Assembly: GCF_004010195.1 (NCBI RefSeq)
Contig: NC_057718.1
Coordinates: forward strand, 9,443,760 to 9,507,759
Direction: 5' to 3'
DNA: 64,000 nucleotides
Origin: Chiloscyllium plagiosum
Lineage: Eukaryota
The notes beneath the pieces were generated by a model. The model searched no databases, was not told the origin of the DNA, and worked only from the letters and a program-made list of their open reading frames with translations. The position numbers and the translations under genes were made by a program. Positions 49,053-64,000 of the stretch are shown in pieces; position 1 is the stretch's first letter; the number at the start of each line of letters is the position of its first letter.

Positions 49053-49992
49053 TTGGTTGGATAAAACCACCACAGAAAAGCTGAGGTTCAAGAGGATCAT
49101 TTCTTAATGGGACATGGGCGTCACTGGCTGGGCCACCATTTATTGTCCATCCCTACTCATCCTTGCTGAACTGCCTACTTGAACCGCTGCAGTTTCCGCA
49201 CTGTAGATAGACCTACGATGCCCTTAGGAAGGGAATACCAGGATTTTGACCCAGTGACACTGAAGGAATAGCGATATGTTTCTGAGTCAGGATGGTGAAC
49301 AGCTTAGGGGGGACCTTGTGGGTGACAGCGTCCCCCATATATCTGTTGTCCGTGTCTGTCTAGAGAGAGGCAGTCGTGGGTTTGGATCTTTGGTGAATTT
49401 CTTTCTTCAGGGCAATTAGGGATGCACAATAAAAGCTGGCCTACAGCCAGTGACGTTCAGATCCTGTGAACAAAAGGATCAAAGGAAAAGGCTGATGACT
49501 GAAGCTTTTGTTCCTTTGAGGGGGTGAATCGCCAACTCCAATTCCTTATATTACCACGTTCCCTTTCTTATTGCAATGAATGTATTTCTGTTTGAGAGTG
49601 TGTTTGCATTATAAGCCGGTATCTCCCTGTTAGTTGCAGAAAACTAAGCTGCCAGACCTGCTGAGCTTTTCCAGCAAGATATAATTTTGTTTCTGATTTA
49701 CAGCATCCACAGATCTTTAGGTTTTTATCTCCATGGTTAGTGCCTGGTTTGTGACACTGGGGAGGTTTGACAAACAAGTCATTGTCAAATAAGTACTTTA
49801 CCACTTGGATTGGAGTATCTATGCTCTTTCTTTTGTTTTGATATAGTTAGTCATCATTTGAGGATATTTTCTCTGAATCCATCAATGCCACTGTGTCATT
49901 GGCATGACCACTGTGGCTTCTATAGCTCACAGGTGCCACCACCAGGGATGTGGAGGTACTGCAGCTGCTGGTCATAAAAACTCATCTTTCAA

Positions 49993-50275
49993 ATTTAAAA
50001 ATCATAGAACACCGGGTTATAGTCCAACAGAAGGGCTTATGCCCGAAACGTCAATTCTCCTGTTCCTTGGATGCTACCTGACCTGCTGCGCTTTCCCAGC
50101 AACACATTTTCAGGTTTAATTGGAAGCACTAGCTTTCAGAACGCTGCTCCTTCATCCGGTGGTTGAAGGAGCAGCGTTCCGAAAACTAGTGCTTCCAATT
50201 AAACCTGTTGGACTAAAATCTGGTGTTGTGTGATTTTTAACTTTATACACCCAGACCAACACCGGCAACTCCAAA
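49993..50275. mobile_element. Fold-back mini-PLE (family B) with nested family-A fragment (about 50030-50110)
   Basis: Inverted arms around about 50158. TSD TCATCTTTCAA at 49982-92 and 50276-86. Confidence 0.75.
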
Positions 50276-51964
50276 TCATCTTTCAAGTGACCACACTCAC
50301 CAAAGGCAATTTTCAAAACCAAAACTCTACATTGACAAGGAGAGTAAAAAAAAGAGTTCAGTGAAAGAACACTAAAAGAGAAACAGTGAACCATTAGATC
50401 AAGGTCCTGTCTGGACTCTCAGGTGAATATCAAACACACCCTGCTCTGTATTTGAAGAGGCCAGGTATTCTCAGGTGTCTTGGAATTGATTGATCTCCTC
50501 AGTCAACATCCCAAAAGACTATCTGGTCACTACTGTGATAAATTATTTATGTTATGTATATCATTTGAGGATTGGATTTTGAAATAGAGGAAGAAGGTTG
50601 TGGGTCAGTTCTGTGAAGATAATCTTTTGGTTACAAGGTCAGAAAGCTTTTTTTATTATTCATTTGTAGGATGTGCGAGCTGGGCCAGTGTTTATTGCCC
50701 GTCCCTAGTTGCCCCCTTTCTTGAATCACTGCAGTTCACCTGCTGTGGGTTGACCCACAATACCATTCGGGAGGGAATTCCAAATTTTTGGTCTAGCGAC
50801 TGTGAGGGAATGGCGATATATTTCCAAGTCAGGATGGTGGGTGGCTTGGAGGGGAACTTTGAAGCAGTGATCTAAGTACATCAATTCCACGCAGGCATGT
50901 GACTGCAGTCTACTGCCTGATGAGCCCTCTGTAGTCTTAATGGATGGAATGTTTAAATTGTTGAACTTATGACAGACCAGAACAATCATTAGTTTTTGGC
51001 TTTTGAGTTCAGTTTGGAAGAAACAGGAGTTCAGTTCAGAAGGGAGGATAGTTTGCATTAGCAGATGGATCAAGCTTTTAGGTTGTGCAAACAAGTGATC
51101 CTCGCAGAAGCGTTTTAGTTTGTGAAGCTTCCAAGCCAGGAGAGTTTGGATGAAAATCTTCAAATTGTTAGAACCACAAAGGTTTAAGCCTTTTGTGAAA
51201 GTTTCAGGACTCGAAATTGTAAAACTGTCTCCACAATCCAAGGAAAGAAAATTGGAAGAAGACAGTTAAGGAAAAGCTTGAAAGATGGGAGAGAGAAATT
51301 TCAGTGGAATTCAGTGTATAATAGAATAATAAAATAAAGAATTGTGGATGCCGGAAATCTGAAACAAGCAAAAACAAATTGCTGAAGAAACTCAGCAGGT
51401 CTGGCAGTATCTGTGGGGAGAGAAACATCATAGTGTGAGGATGTTCTATATACCCACAAAGATATCATTGCAAACCTGGACTGCTTAGCTTCTAAGCTTT
51501 GAAACTGAATTTGAGTCCAGTGACCCTCAGAACAAAAGGATAAATACAAGGATAGTGTTGGGACACAGTTTGAAACTTCTGCGTTGCACTTTGCAGAATC
51601 TTTCCAACTCACTTTAACTGATTGTTTTTTCTTTCTCTTTTACCTTATAAACTTATGTTCTGTTTCTAAAGAATATGAACAAAAAACAACTCTGACATGC
51701 AACTGCAGAAATGAAACTTATGACCTATCAAGCCAGCTCTCATTCTGGGATCTGATTTGTACAGAAATAGCATTAGCTCAGACCATGACATAATCACATT
51801 GCTTTCTGTGCACAGATTTACTGTGATGTTTCTTAGATTTCAATAGTGAGTATACATGAAAGATTTTTAAATCCCTTTAAGGGGATGTCAACACCACTGG
51901 TCAAAGCCTTTGAACTCAGCAGCTTGTAAAGCCATGGCAAAGGGTCGTTAAGAATCAACTCCAT

Positions 51965-52470
51965 TGTGGAGTACTGTATTCAGTTTTGATCACCTTGCTA
52001 TAGGATGTTATTAAACTGGGAAGAGTGCAGAAGAAATTTACAAGGAAGTTGCCAGGACTCAAGGATCTGAGTTACCGGGAGAGGTTGGACAAGCGAGGAC
52101 TGTTTTCTTTACAGTGTAGGAGACTAAGGGGGGATCTTATAGAAGTGTATAAGATCATGAGAGGCATGGATAGAGTGAAAGCACTCAATCTTCTTCCCAG
52201 GATTGGGGAATCGCAGACTAGAGGTCAGGGGAAAGAATAAAAGGGAACCTGATGGGCAACATTTTTTACACAGAGGGTGGTAGGCATATGGAATGTGCCA
52301 CCAGCGGGTGAGGCAGGTACATTAACAACATTTAAAAGGCATTTGGACAAATACATGGATAGGAAAGGTTTAGAAGGATTTGGGCTATGTGCAGGGAAGT
52401 AGGGTTACTATGGATGGACATTTGGTTGGCATGGACCAGTTTGGTGTAGGACTCTATGATTATGATTGTG
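51965..52470 (+). mobile_element. CR1/HER1 3' fragment
   Basis: KKFTRKLPG...RRLRGDLIEVYKIMRG. Confidence 0.85.
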
Positions 52471-52839
52471 ACTGTACATTGCTATGGATCTAGAGCCTAT
52501 AGAATCAGATGGGCTGTCGATTAATCTATGATCACTGTGACTGAGACAAACTTCAATTTCAAATTCTGGAATCTGCAGTTAAGCCTCAAGCTCTTAATCT
52601 CAGAACTGAAACTGCTTGAACTTCAAACACTAACCATAAACATGTTAAATCCTGGTTCTCAATACCATCCAGGAGCTCCCACAAACTACAGCTTTGACTC
52701 ATCACCTTTACTACCATCATTAGCAAGTTTTAACTTGTAAATATATTGTACACTTATGGATCTTGCTTTTTTCAGAAATTTTATTAATTTTACCATCAAG
52801 TTAAATGCTTTCTTAAAACTTAAAAAGGGAATGGACCTT

Positions 52840-53749
52840 TGAGATCTTGAAGAAGATTTGTAGCTCAGATAGTGGATCAGGTTGTCAGTGTGCTGGCTGA
52901 GCTGGTGAGTTTGTTTTCAGGCGTGCACCCAGACCAGATACTCAACTACAGGAGCAACCATCCCAACTCCCACAAACAGTGCTGCAATAGGACACTATTC
53001 AAACAAGCCACAACACACTGCAGTACCCTGCAACTACGAGAAACCAAGGAGAAACACCTAGATAACGTATTCAGGAACAACAGCTACCCAATAAAGTGCA
53101 GTCCGCCGATTCCTATACAACAGACCTAACCAGGAAGACACATTCGGCCCAGACGCTCTAGTCACGCTACCACACATCAAAGGCATCTTAGAGATGACTA
53201 CCAGACTACACCGGCCCCTAAGTAGCCCACAAACCTACCACCCCACTGAAATAGCTCTGATGAATTTAGAGGAGCCCGTACTCACAACCACCAGAATGAG
53301 CGTCATATATAAAATACCCTGCAAGGATTGCAATAAACATTACATCGGACAGGCGGGCAGGAAACTAGCCACCAGGATACACAAGCACCAACTACTCACC
53401 AAAAGACATGACCAACTATCACTGGTATCCATATACACAGACGAAGAGGGACAGGCTATGGATACATCCATCCTGGGACAGGCTAAACAAAGTCACATAC
53501 GGGAATTCCTAGAGGCCTAGCATTCAAGCCGGAACTCCATTAACAAACATACAGGCTTGGGCCCCATTTATCAACCTCTCAGAAACAGAACTGGAAGTGA
53601 TATCACCCACTACAACAGACCAAGGCACATAAATAGCAAATGGTTCAGAACACTAGTGCTTTACCGGAGGCTCACTGATGATGTTACTGAGCATGGTGAC
53701 GAAACATCTGAGAACAAACCCATCAGCTCATTGAGTAACCCGTCAACCA
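52840..53749 (+). mobile_element. Penelope/Poseidon element, 5'-truncated, with inverted 5' terminal piece
   Basis: RT thumb ILNYRSNHP..HK and GIY-YIG VIYKIPCKDCNKHYIGQAGRKLATRIHKH...REFLEA. Hammerhead at 53671-53712. TSD GAAT(G/A)GACCTT at 52829-39 and 53750-60. Confidence 0.88.
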
Positions 53750-54041
53750 GAATAGACCTTAAACACCTCCCAAACATTTAGTTTCTTTTCCCTCCAGGAA
53801 GGCAGGAGGGGTAGAAAATCAAAAGCAAACATACATGTCCTCTTCTACTTTTTGCCAACTCCCCAGTCACTAAGCTCCCAAGTTTGTAGTCTGTTCCCTC
53901 AGTACAGTCAGTTGTTGTGGCTGTAAAAAATAACTCTGTGTTAAAAGACAGCTGAACTGATGCTAGGCTGGACCTATCTGAGTATTAATGTGTCACTGAG
54001 AAGGGGATCATTGGTGTTTTCCTGGTAATCTCCAAAGATTC

Positions 54042-54120
54042 AAAAAGTGTGGTGCTGAAAAAGCACAGGCAGCATCCGAGGAACAGAAGAGTCGACGTTT
54101 CGAGCACAAGCTCTTTCTCA
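54042..54120 (-). mobile_element. 79-bp PLE hammerhead fragment with 16-bp TSD
   Basis: TAATCTCCAAAGATTC at 54026-41 and 54121-36. Reverse complement TGAGAA-A-GAGC-TTGT-GCTC-GAAA-CG-TC. Confidence 0.8.
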
Positions 54121-54357
54121 TAATCTCCAAAGATTCCCAGCAATTCCAGCATTCTCATTGTTGCCTGACACTTCCCAACATTTCCAGGTGATCATTGGCA
54201 TTCCCCAGTGATGGAATATCCCTGTATCCCCCGGAGATCCCTAGATGTCCCAGTGATCCCTAGTGATTGCTGACATTCCCGATGCCCTTCTGAGGTCACA
54301 GGGGAATGTGTTTCCCCTGTTATCCCAGAGCAGTGCAGTGACAGAGCGAGACAGTGA

Positions 54358-54639
<282 letters not shown>

Positions 54640-54769
54640 TAAAAGGTGGCTTTGTAAAATACACACACTGTAGTCTAAACCTCATTGACACATCTCATTT
54701 GGCCCATTGATCTGCTAAAGTGAAGGGAAGGATTGGGTGTTTAAAATGTCACCTCGAAAATATCACCAC

Positions 54770-55180
54770 TTTGACAGATCTCAGATCTGGATCACAAAGG
54801 GGACAGAGTCGATCCCACAGGGGAGTAAGTGGATCTTAATGGTGTGGGGAATGGATCACACGGGGAGAGAGTGGATTATACAGGGGAGTAAGTGGATCTT
54901 AATGGTGTGGGGAATGGATCACACGGGGAGAGAGTGGATTATACAGGGGAGAGAGCGTATTTTATTGGTGCGAGAAGCAGATCACACAGCAGAGAGAGTG
55001 GATCACACAGGGAAGACTGTGGATCTTATTGGTGCGGAAAATGGGTCATGCAAAAGGGACAGTAGATCATATTGGTGCGGGAAATTGATCATACTGTGGA
55101 GAAAGTAGATTGCATTGGTGTGGGAAACTGATCACATAGTTGAGGGAATGGATCACATGGCTGAGGGAATGGATCCCCCA
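54770..55180. repeat. Intronic minisatellite, about 21-bp subunits with a 63-bp higher-order period
   Basis: Recurrent TGGAT(C/T) roughly every 21 bp. 54818-54880 is repeated at 54881-54943. Confidence 0.8.
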
Positions 55181-55255
55181 GTGAGGGAGTTGAGGGCACG
55201 AGGAAATGGGAACTGTCGACACATGTGCCTTGCTGTCTGTTTGTGTGTACCCTGA

Positions 55256-55950
<695 letters not shown>

Positions 55951-57889
55951 CACACACACAGACAGGGATATACACACATTCTCACACCTGGGATCTGTGG
56001 TACACCTAGCAGCCAATGCTAACCACTGTTGGTCCGATTTCTTTCTGGATTTACTGCACAGGATGAAATATATAAAAGGGTGTAAAGATAACAGCCTCGA
56101 TTTCTCAATGGGAACACAGTCTTTGCCCAAGTGTAGGTTGGATTCCGCAGAAGCTCTGAAGTAGCACCTCTTCTTGAATTGACCCAGAATCTGAAACTTC
56201 CAATGGCCAATCAGTTGATGTCTGGAAAGCTCTGAGAAAGTTCCTAAATCTGAGAGACTTTTGTTTCACCCTTCTGAGCAATATCTAGGAAAATCAGAGC
56301 AGTTAAACTTCCTCGAACTTTAAACTGACACCTGCACTCAGCTACACTGACCCTCATGAGTCCCTACAGAGACTAATCCTAAATTTATCCCCCAACATGA
56401 ACATCAGATACCCCTGTCCTCAACCCCAACATCCCAGAGGGTCAACACTGTCCCCCCATTCCAAAATAACTTACCACACTGACTCCCACCCCCTGAATCT
56501 CTTAAAACAATTCCCCCAACTCATCCACCCACACACACACACTCTCACACTTCCACACTCACATACACACACACATGCATACACACACAAATACAGATGC
56601 CAGTTCCCACCACTGCCACCTCCTTTCTTTACCCCACCGCAACCCAACCCTGCCGCTCAACATGACCTCCTTATCTACCCCCAAGCAGCCACCCAGTCTC
56701 TGATCCACCACACACCTGCACCCACCTTCCACCTGGCACCAATAACTCTTCGCCCACTTGGCACCCCATACTCTCACTTACCTGGCTCTTTCAGCCTCTC
56801 ACTCACCAGGCATCCCTGCTCTCCATGACCTGGTACCAATACCCTCTCATTTACTTGCCACCTACACCCTTTCACTGACCTTGCACCTAACCTGGCATAA
56901 ATATCATTCATTCAGCACTCTCTCCCTCAACCACCTGTCACCTCTAACCCTCATCCACCCAGCACTCTAACCCCTCATCTATGAGACATTATACTCCCTC
57001 ACTCATCTGGGACCTTACCCTTTCACCCACCTGCCACCTGACCTCCTGAATTACTTTTACTCCCTTAACTTCTCCCAGGGCCCATAAGCCACAGGAGATG
57101 GCAGCTGGGAAAGAAGGAATGGGCGTGTGGATTCCTGGATTTATCCACACTGCTTCAGGCCATGGGCCTTGACATTAGCACGATAAATGTTCACTCTGAG
57201 ATAAGGCAGAATGAGGAATTAGCACCAAGATCAGGATACCAGTGCCAACTGAAATACATCGTTTTAAATTCTCCGTTGACTTTTCTCCCAGATGTTGCTC
57301 ACTGCCATGTGAAAGGGATTGGGCACCAATATCCTGTAGCAAAAGAAATCTCCTGGCTTCACCTAGTCTGGCCTGCACATGACTCCAGACCCATAGCAAT
57401 GAGGTTACCTCTTCACTCTAAACATGGTTAAGTAGGTCCCTCAGTTCAAGACCAGCTAGCGACGCTCAATATAGGAAGGTCCTATGTAAATGATCTATAG
57501 GAAGTCCTCAAAGCTCAACAATGAGCATGAAATGACATTGGAAATCAGGAATACCACACACTCCGAACATTCTGGAACATCCCCCTCTTCATTAACGTTG
57601 GGATCTCCCTGTGCCTCTCTGTTTATTCTCCATTCCTTGTTACAGAAGGATTTCAATCAGTGAAGTCCCGCCTTTAACGGCTGAAGGGAGTTCACAGAAA
57701 GGTGGTGAGCATAACACTGGCAATACCCAGCACCCATTTCCCATCGGCTGTTAGTAATCCTGCCAGGTCTCCAATGGTGGGTGGTCTAATGAACCCTGAT
57801 CAAAGGGTCACAGGGCTGCAGGTTTGGGTGGTCAGGATTTGTTGATCTCCCGAGCCAGTCACGTCCTGTTGGTGGGGTATAGCCATTGA

Positions 57890-59606
<1,717 letters not shown>

Positions 59607-59651
59607 TTAGTGGTTCAACCAATTATTAGACAACCAAACGCCCATAAAAAG

Positions 59652-59970
59652 CAGCACAGTGGCTCAGTGGTTAACACTACTGCCTCACAGCACCAGGGAT
59701 CCGGGTTCAATTCCACCTCTGGTGACTGTGTGGAGTTTGTACTTTCTCCCTGTGTCCAAGTGGGTTTCCTCTGGGTGCTCTGGTTTCCTCTCACTGTCCA
59801 ACGATGAGCAGGTTATGGTGGATTGGCCATGGGAAATCGTCCATTGTGTCCAAGGATGTGCAGGCTAGCCATGAGAAATGCAGGGGTACAGGGATAGGGT
59901 GGGTCTGGATGGGATGCTCTTTGGAGGGTCAGTGTGGACCCAATGGGCTGAATGGACTGCGTCCATGATT
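59652..59970 (+). mobile_element. HE1-type SINE
   Basis: A box, B box (GGTTCAATTCC) and V-domain. Confidence 0.8.
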
Positions 59971-60473
59971 CTTTAAAGGTAAAAGAACGTCACAGAATCA
60001 GACTGCCCGAAGTAGGAAATCCCTGTACACTACGGATGTGGTCAGCACTGCAGCCTTACCTCCAGACAGTATCTGTAAACTGATAGACCAGGATCACAGG
60101 TATCTGTAAACCAACATATCTGGATCATAGGTAGCTGCACTGAAGGATTTGCTATTGCCTTCGTTGAAACAAAAAAGGATTATGTCCTTGAGGTCATAAT
60201 ATCATTCCACAACCTGCAACTGGGAGGAGGGTGAGGGCGAGGAAGGACAGGATGCTGGAGGAGCGTCTCAGGTCCCTATGTTGCAGCCATTAGGAGATGT
60301 GGGTGGGACAAGCATGAGACATCTTTTCCTTGCCATCAACACTTTACAAGATACACGGTCATGTTGGGTCCCAAATATTTTCCTGAAACATGGGTGTTCT
60401 TGTTCTTGAGAAGGTGAAATTTGGATTAAAGTGATTGTTTGAGGCGTCTCTTTCTCTGTCTCTCTTCAAACAG

Positions 60474-60548
60474 CTGCTCAATCAAGCATCTGAGTGGAAG
60501 GTGCAAACCAACATCATGAAGGAACAGGAAACCCTGCTGCGAGCCCAG
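60474..60548 (+). CDS. TXLNB: Beta-taxilin-like coding exon 6 (75 bp); gene continues beyond the window
   Basis: Long pyrimidine tract ...tctcttcaaacag and donor CAG|GTGAAT. Reads LLNQASEWKVQTNIMKEQETLLRAQ, matching the beta-type LLNQAAEWK motif rather than alpha-type LLKEAVES (recalled, not aligned). Confidence 0.93.
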
Positions 60549-60779
60549 GTGAATTGTGTACAGGTGTCTGGGGACTCAGACAGAGCTCACAGACTGAAAT
60601 TTAAACTCCTTACATTGTCATGATCATGATCCACCTGGAAATTACACAAACACACACTGTATTCACAGACAGTGGGCTTTTTCAATCAGTTCTGTATTGT
60701 CTGACAGGGATGGAAGGTAGACTCTTTAGGAGAAGCTAAACAGGAATAAGCAAGAGGCATAAAAATGCGTTTTAATGAT

Positions 60780-61035
60780 GCTGGCTGGGAAATAACTATC
60801 AACCACAACACCAGGAAGAATTCACTGGCTGTTTTCAAAAGGTGCCATGGGATCTGATTCAAGCAGGTCAAAGAGATCTCCGTTTTATCCCTGCACCAGA
60901 AAGAAACAGCACCTTCAGCAATGCAGCACTCCCTCAGCCCTGTACTGGGGGATGTCAATCAGAACACAAGGCTCAACTACCTAAAGTGGAGCTTGAACTC
61001 ACAATCATTAAGTGTAGAGGCAAGAGCACTGCCTG
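60780..61035 (-). mobile_element. DeuSINE (SacSINE1/AmnSINE-like) fragment
   Basis: Reverse complement has gagtgctgcattgctgaaggtgctgtttc...agatcccatggcac, resembling the Deu domain from memory. Related fragments at about 50400-50535 (+) and 61480-61610 (-). Confidence 0.55.
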
Positions 61036-62896
61036 GAGAGCCACATTGCAATGCTGCAAGCTTCCCACTTGTATTGTTATTATTATTGGCCATTTTCCTG
61101 TGTCAACTGTGTTTTGTGATGTCAACAGTCACAATATGGCAGGACATGTCCACCATGTGGCTCTATGGAACAGGTTTCTAAACTCACACATAAATCATTT
61201 CCATCAACTGGCCAACTGGTTTGGTACAACAGTTCACCACAATCCTGGGTACATAAAGTCTGCATTTTGTTTCAGCTGCATTTTGTTTCAACAATCTCAA
61301 GATAAACTAAATTGTTTTGCAGGCACCTCTGTACAGTATAAAGCACTGATTCCCACAGCAACCAAATCAGCTGTTTTAGTGATGTTCAGGAGAGATAGTT
61401 ATCAGCCAGCGCATAGGCAGAACTTCCCTCCTTCTCCTAAAATAGCATTGGTAGGCAGGGATTGTTTAATATCTCATTCGGGAGACTGTATCTCTGACAG
61501 TGCAGCACTCCCTCAGTACTGCACTGTAAGCCTGTGTTGTTTTTGCATTCTGTTCTTTGCATCAGCCCACAACCCCTTGGACTCATGAGACAAGCATGTT
61601 ACACACCGAGCACAGCTACTACCTAAGCTTAACATAAATCCTAAAGCATGTGATTTAACCACAATGGCCATTAGCTTTATTGTATATTTTACATCTCAGA
61701 TCTCTGTAGAGATTATGTTAATTTCTATGCATATGTCATGTTTTATTCAGTGTTTAAAATGTCTCCTTCATAATTATAGCCATTTCTTGCACTTTCTACA
61801 ATTTTATTTACGTTTCTTGGACTCTACATCTGGTCTTAACCACAGTAAGCATCAATAGAAGAGATACGTAATCAAATACAGAACAATTGAACACTACAGC
61901 TTGTAACATTGTTATTGCAGGGCTAGGCTGCCTGATTGTATTAATGTGCAAAGTTTAAAGTAATCAGAGTTTCTCTGTCTTAATGGATCCAATGCCAATG
62001 TAACATTGAGAATTGAGAGATTCCAAAGATTCACAATCTCCTGCTGTCTCACCAGGCAGGCTAGCTAAAAGTAAATTTCTACATTCACATTGCTCATTCC
62101 CAATTAAATATTTTATGGAATTCTTGAACTGTTGCAAGAGTGACTGCTGAAGGAAGGAAATCTGCCTGGTGGGTGAGATAGTATTATGGGCAGTAAATGA
62201 AGGTTACAAGGATGCGACATTTGAGCTGATCGTTTTCATATGAACCAAACGTTGTGGGAAATGGGTGATGACATGGGGTACTGCTGCAATTAAAGGGCTA
62301 ATGCTAGGACAAGCCTGGTGAGCTCAGTCAAGATCATAAGAAATAGGAGTTCAACGTGATTTCAAGCTGAGAAATAGGTACATAGCCCCCCTTGCAAGCT
62401 GCGAGTGGATCAATTTCGAAATAACCAGCAGTGAACGCTTACTCTTAAACAAGATCAAGGTTAGTTTATTACACTGTTGTAAGCTATTTAAGTTAAAGAG
62501 ATGAAATTACTACTAAAGGCATACAAGGATGAGATGCAATCAGTAGCTATAACAATCTTTAGGATTCCAATGCAAGCTGTAGATTGCAATTGAAAGTGTA
62601 GAGTGAAGGTCAGAGGTTGAGGAGTTGTGTTCAGCAGCTGGATGGTTTCTGTAATTGACAGAATTTGCCTTTATGGTCAATAGAGCAACTTGAGGGTTCC
62701 TTAAAGGTTCAGCCGGTATGAATTTTGAATAAGTTTTGTTTTGGAAGGACAGGGGTGACTCTTCGTCCTGGGCAGCTTCTTCTGTAATTCCCGGAACTCC
62801 AATCTCACGTGCAGTTCACAATTAGCTCAGTCAAGAACAGCGACCGAAGCTGTCTTCATAGTTTCTGCTCAGATCGCTGCTCAAATTGGCCAGACC

Positions 62897-63312
62897 CATA
62901 GAATCATGGAAGGTAGCAGCGGGAGGAGGCCATTCAGCCCTTCGAGCTTACTCCACCATTCATCACAATCATGGCTGATCATCCAATTCAATAGCCTAAT
63001 CGTGCTTTCTCCTCATAACCTCTGATCCCATTCGCCCCAAATGCTATCTCTAGCCGCCTCTTAAATATATTCAATGTTTTGGCATCAACTTCTTCCTGTG
63101 GTAATGAATTCCACAGGTTCACCACTCTTTGGGTGAAGATATATCCCCTCATCTCCATCCTAAATGGTCCACCCCAAACCCTCAGATTGTGACCCCCTGG
63201 TTCTGGATGCACCCATCATTGGGAACATCCTCCCTGCATCTACCATGTCTAATCCTGTTAGAATTTTATAAGTCTCTATGAGATTCCCCCCTCACTCATC
63301 TGAACTCCAGTG
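62897..63312 (-). mobile_element. CR1 3' fragment
   Basis: GHNLRV..GPFRMEMRGYIFTQRVVNLWNSLPQ. Confidence 0.85.
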
Positions 63313-63371
63313 ACTATTTCTTATGTTCTACCTTAAACCAAAATGAGAATGTGCTGGTCTGTGTGTGACAC

Positions 63372-63465
63372 TTTCCTGAAGAAGGGCCTGTGCCCGAAGC
63401 GTCGAATCTCCTGTTCCCTGGATGCTGCCTGACCTGCTGTGCTGTTCCAGCAATAAAGTTTCAAC
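63372..63465 (+). mobile_element. Short PLE family-A end with a mutated hammerhead core (GAAG)
   Basis: Nearly identical to 7061-7153. Confidence 0.78.
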
Positions 63466-64000
63466 TGAAGACAATACTACCCAGTCAAGCTCTCCTCAAA
63501 CATCAGTCCCACCATCCCCGAGATCAGCCTGGCAAACCTTCACTGTAATCCCGCAAGACACGAAACGGAACAAAACCCAATTTAGCTGCTATCTCAAACT
63601 GCTAAATGATGCTTCGATATAAGACATTGGTTAGCCCAAGTCTATAACATAGTCCTATCCATTGCCTTTTGACTCGGTTAATTAACTTTCTAACCACATC
63701 AGCTGTTCACTTCATCAGCTCCAACTCTCCTGAGGAGCTACTCAGATCTCTAGGGATGACGCTGAGTTTACATTTAACTTTGCTGAAACATTCACTGAAC
63801 TTCAAACATCTCTTGCGATCCTTCTTAAGGTAGAGATGGCCAGGATCCAAATGCAGTCGTGACCACGAGAGAAGCCGGGTTACTTTTGAGATCCATGCTT
63901 TAAAGCCCCTACCAGCCATGATCCTATTGAATGATGGAGCAGGTTCAAGGGTCTGAACAGCCTGCCCTTGTTCCTATTGCTATTGCTAAGTGAATATTGC

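Noticed and set aside
54737..55108. ORF with 21-aa repeats, or a CRISPR-like array
   Set aside because: It is an intronic minisatellite with no repeat-spacer structure, in eukaryotic DNA.
60842..61588. 248-aa ORF
   Set aside because: It overlaps antisense DeuSINE fragments and has no taxilin similarity. The next taxilin exon was not found before 64000.

Overview
Vertebrate genomic DNA, most likely from a cartilaginous fish (shark). This is inferred from the repeat content: HE1/V-SINEs, CR1/HER1-type LINEs and DeuSINE fragments. The only host gene I can support is a beta-taxilin (TXLNB-like) gene on the + strand. Six coding exons (40249-60548) splice in frame to 391 codons, and the gene continues past the window end. 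One intron appears to need a non-canonical GC donor. A compact striated-muscle-type promoter with a candidate non-coding first exon lies at about 23400-23650. Most of the remainder is decayed transposable elements: CR1, Rex1/Babar, RTE, Gypsy, Tc1/mariner-type MITEs and many Penelope-like elements (PLEs). The PLE ends carry three sequence families of minimal type I hammerhead-ribozyme motifs. Several occur as short fold-back insertions bounded by 9-17 bp target-site duplications (TSDs). There are three assembly gaps. Repeat family names come from visual recognition, not database searches, and repeat boundaries are approximate unless a TSD is quoted.
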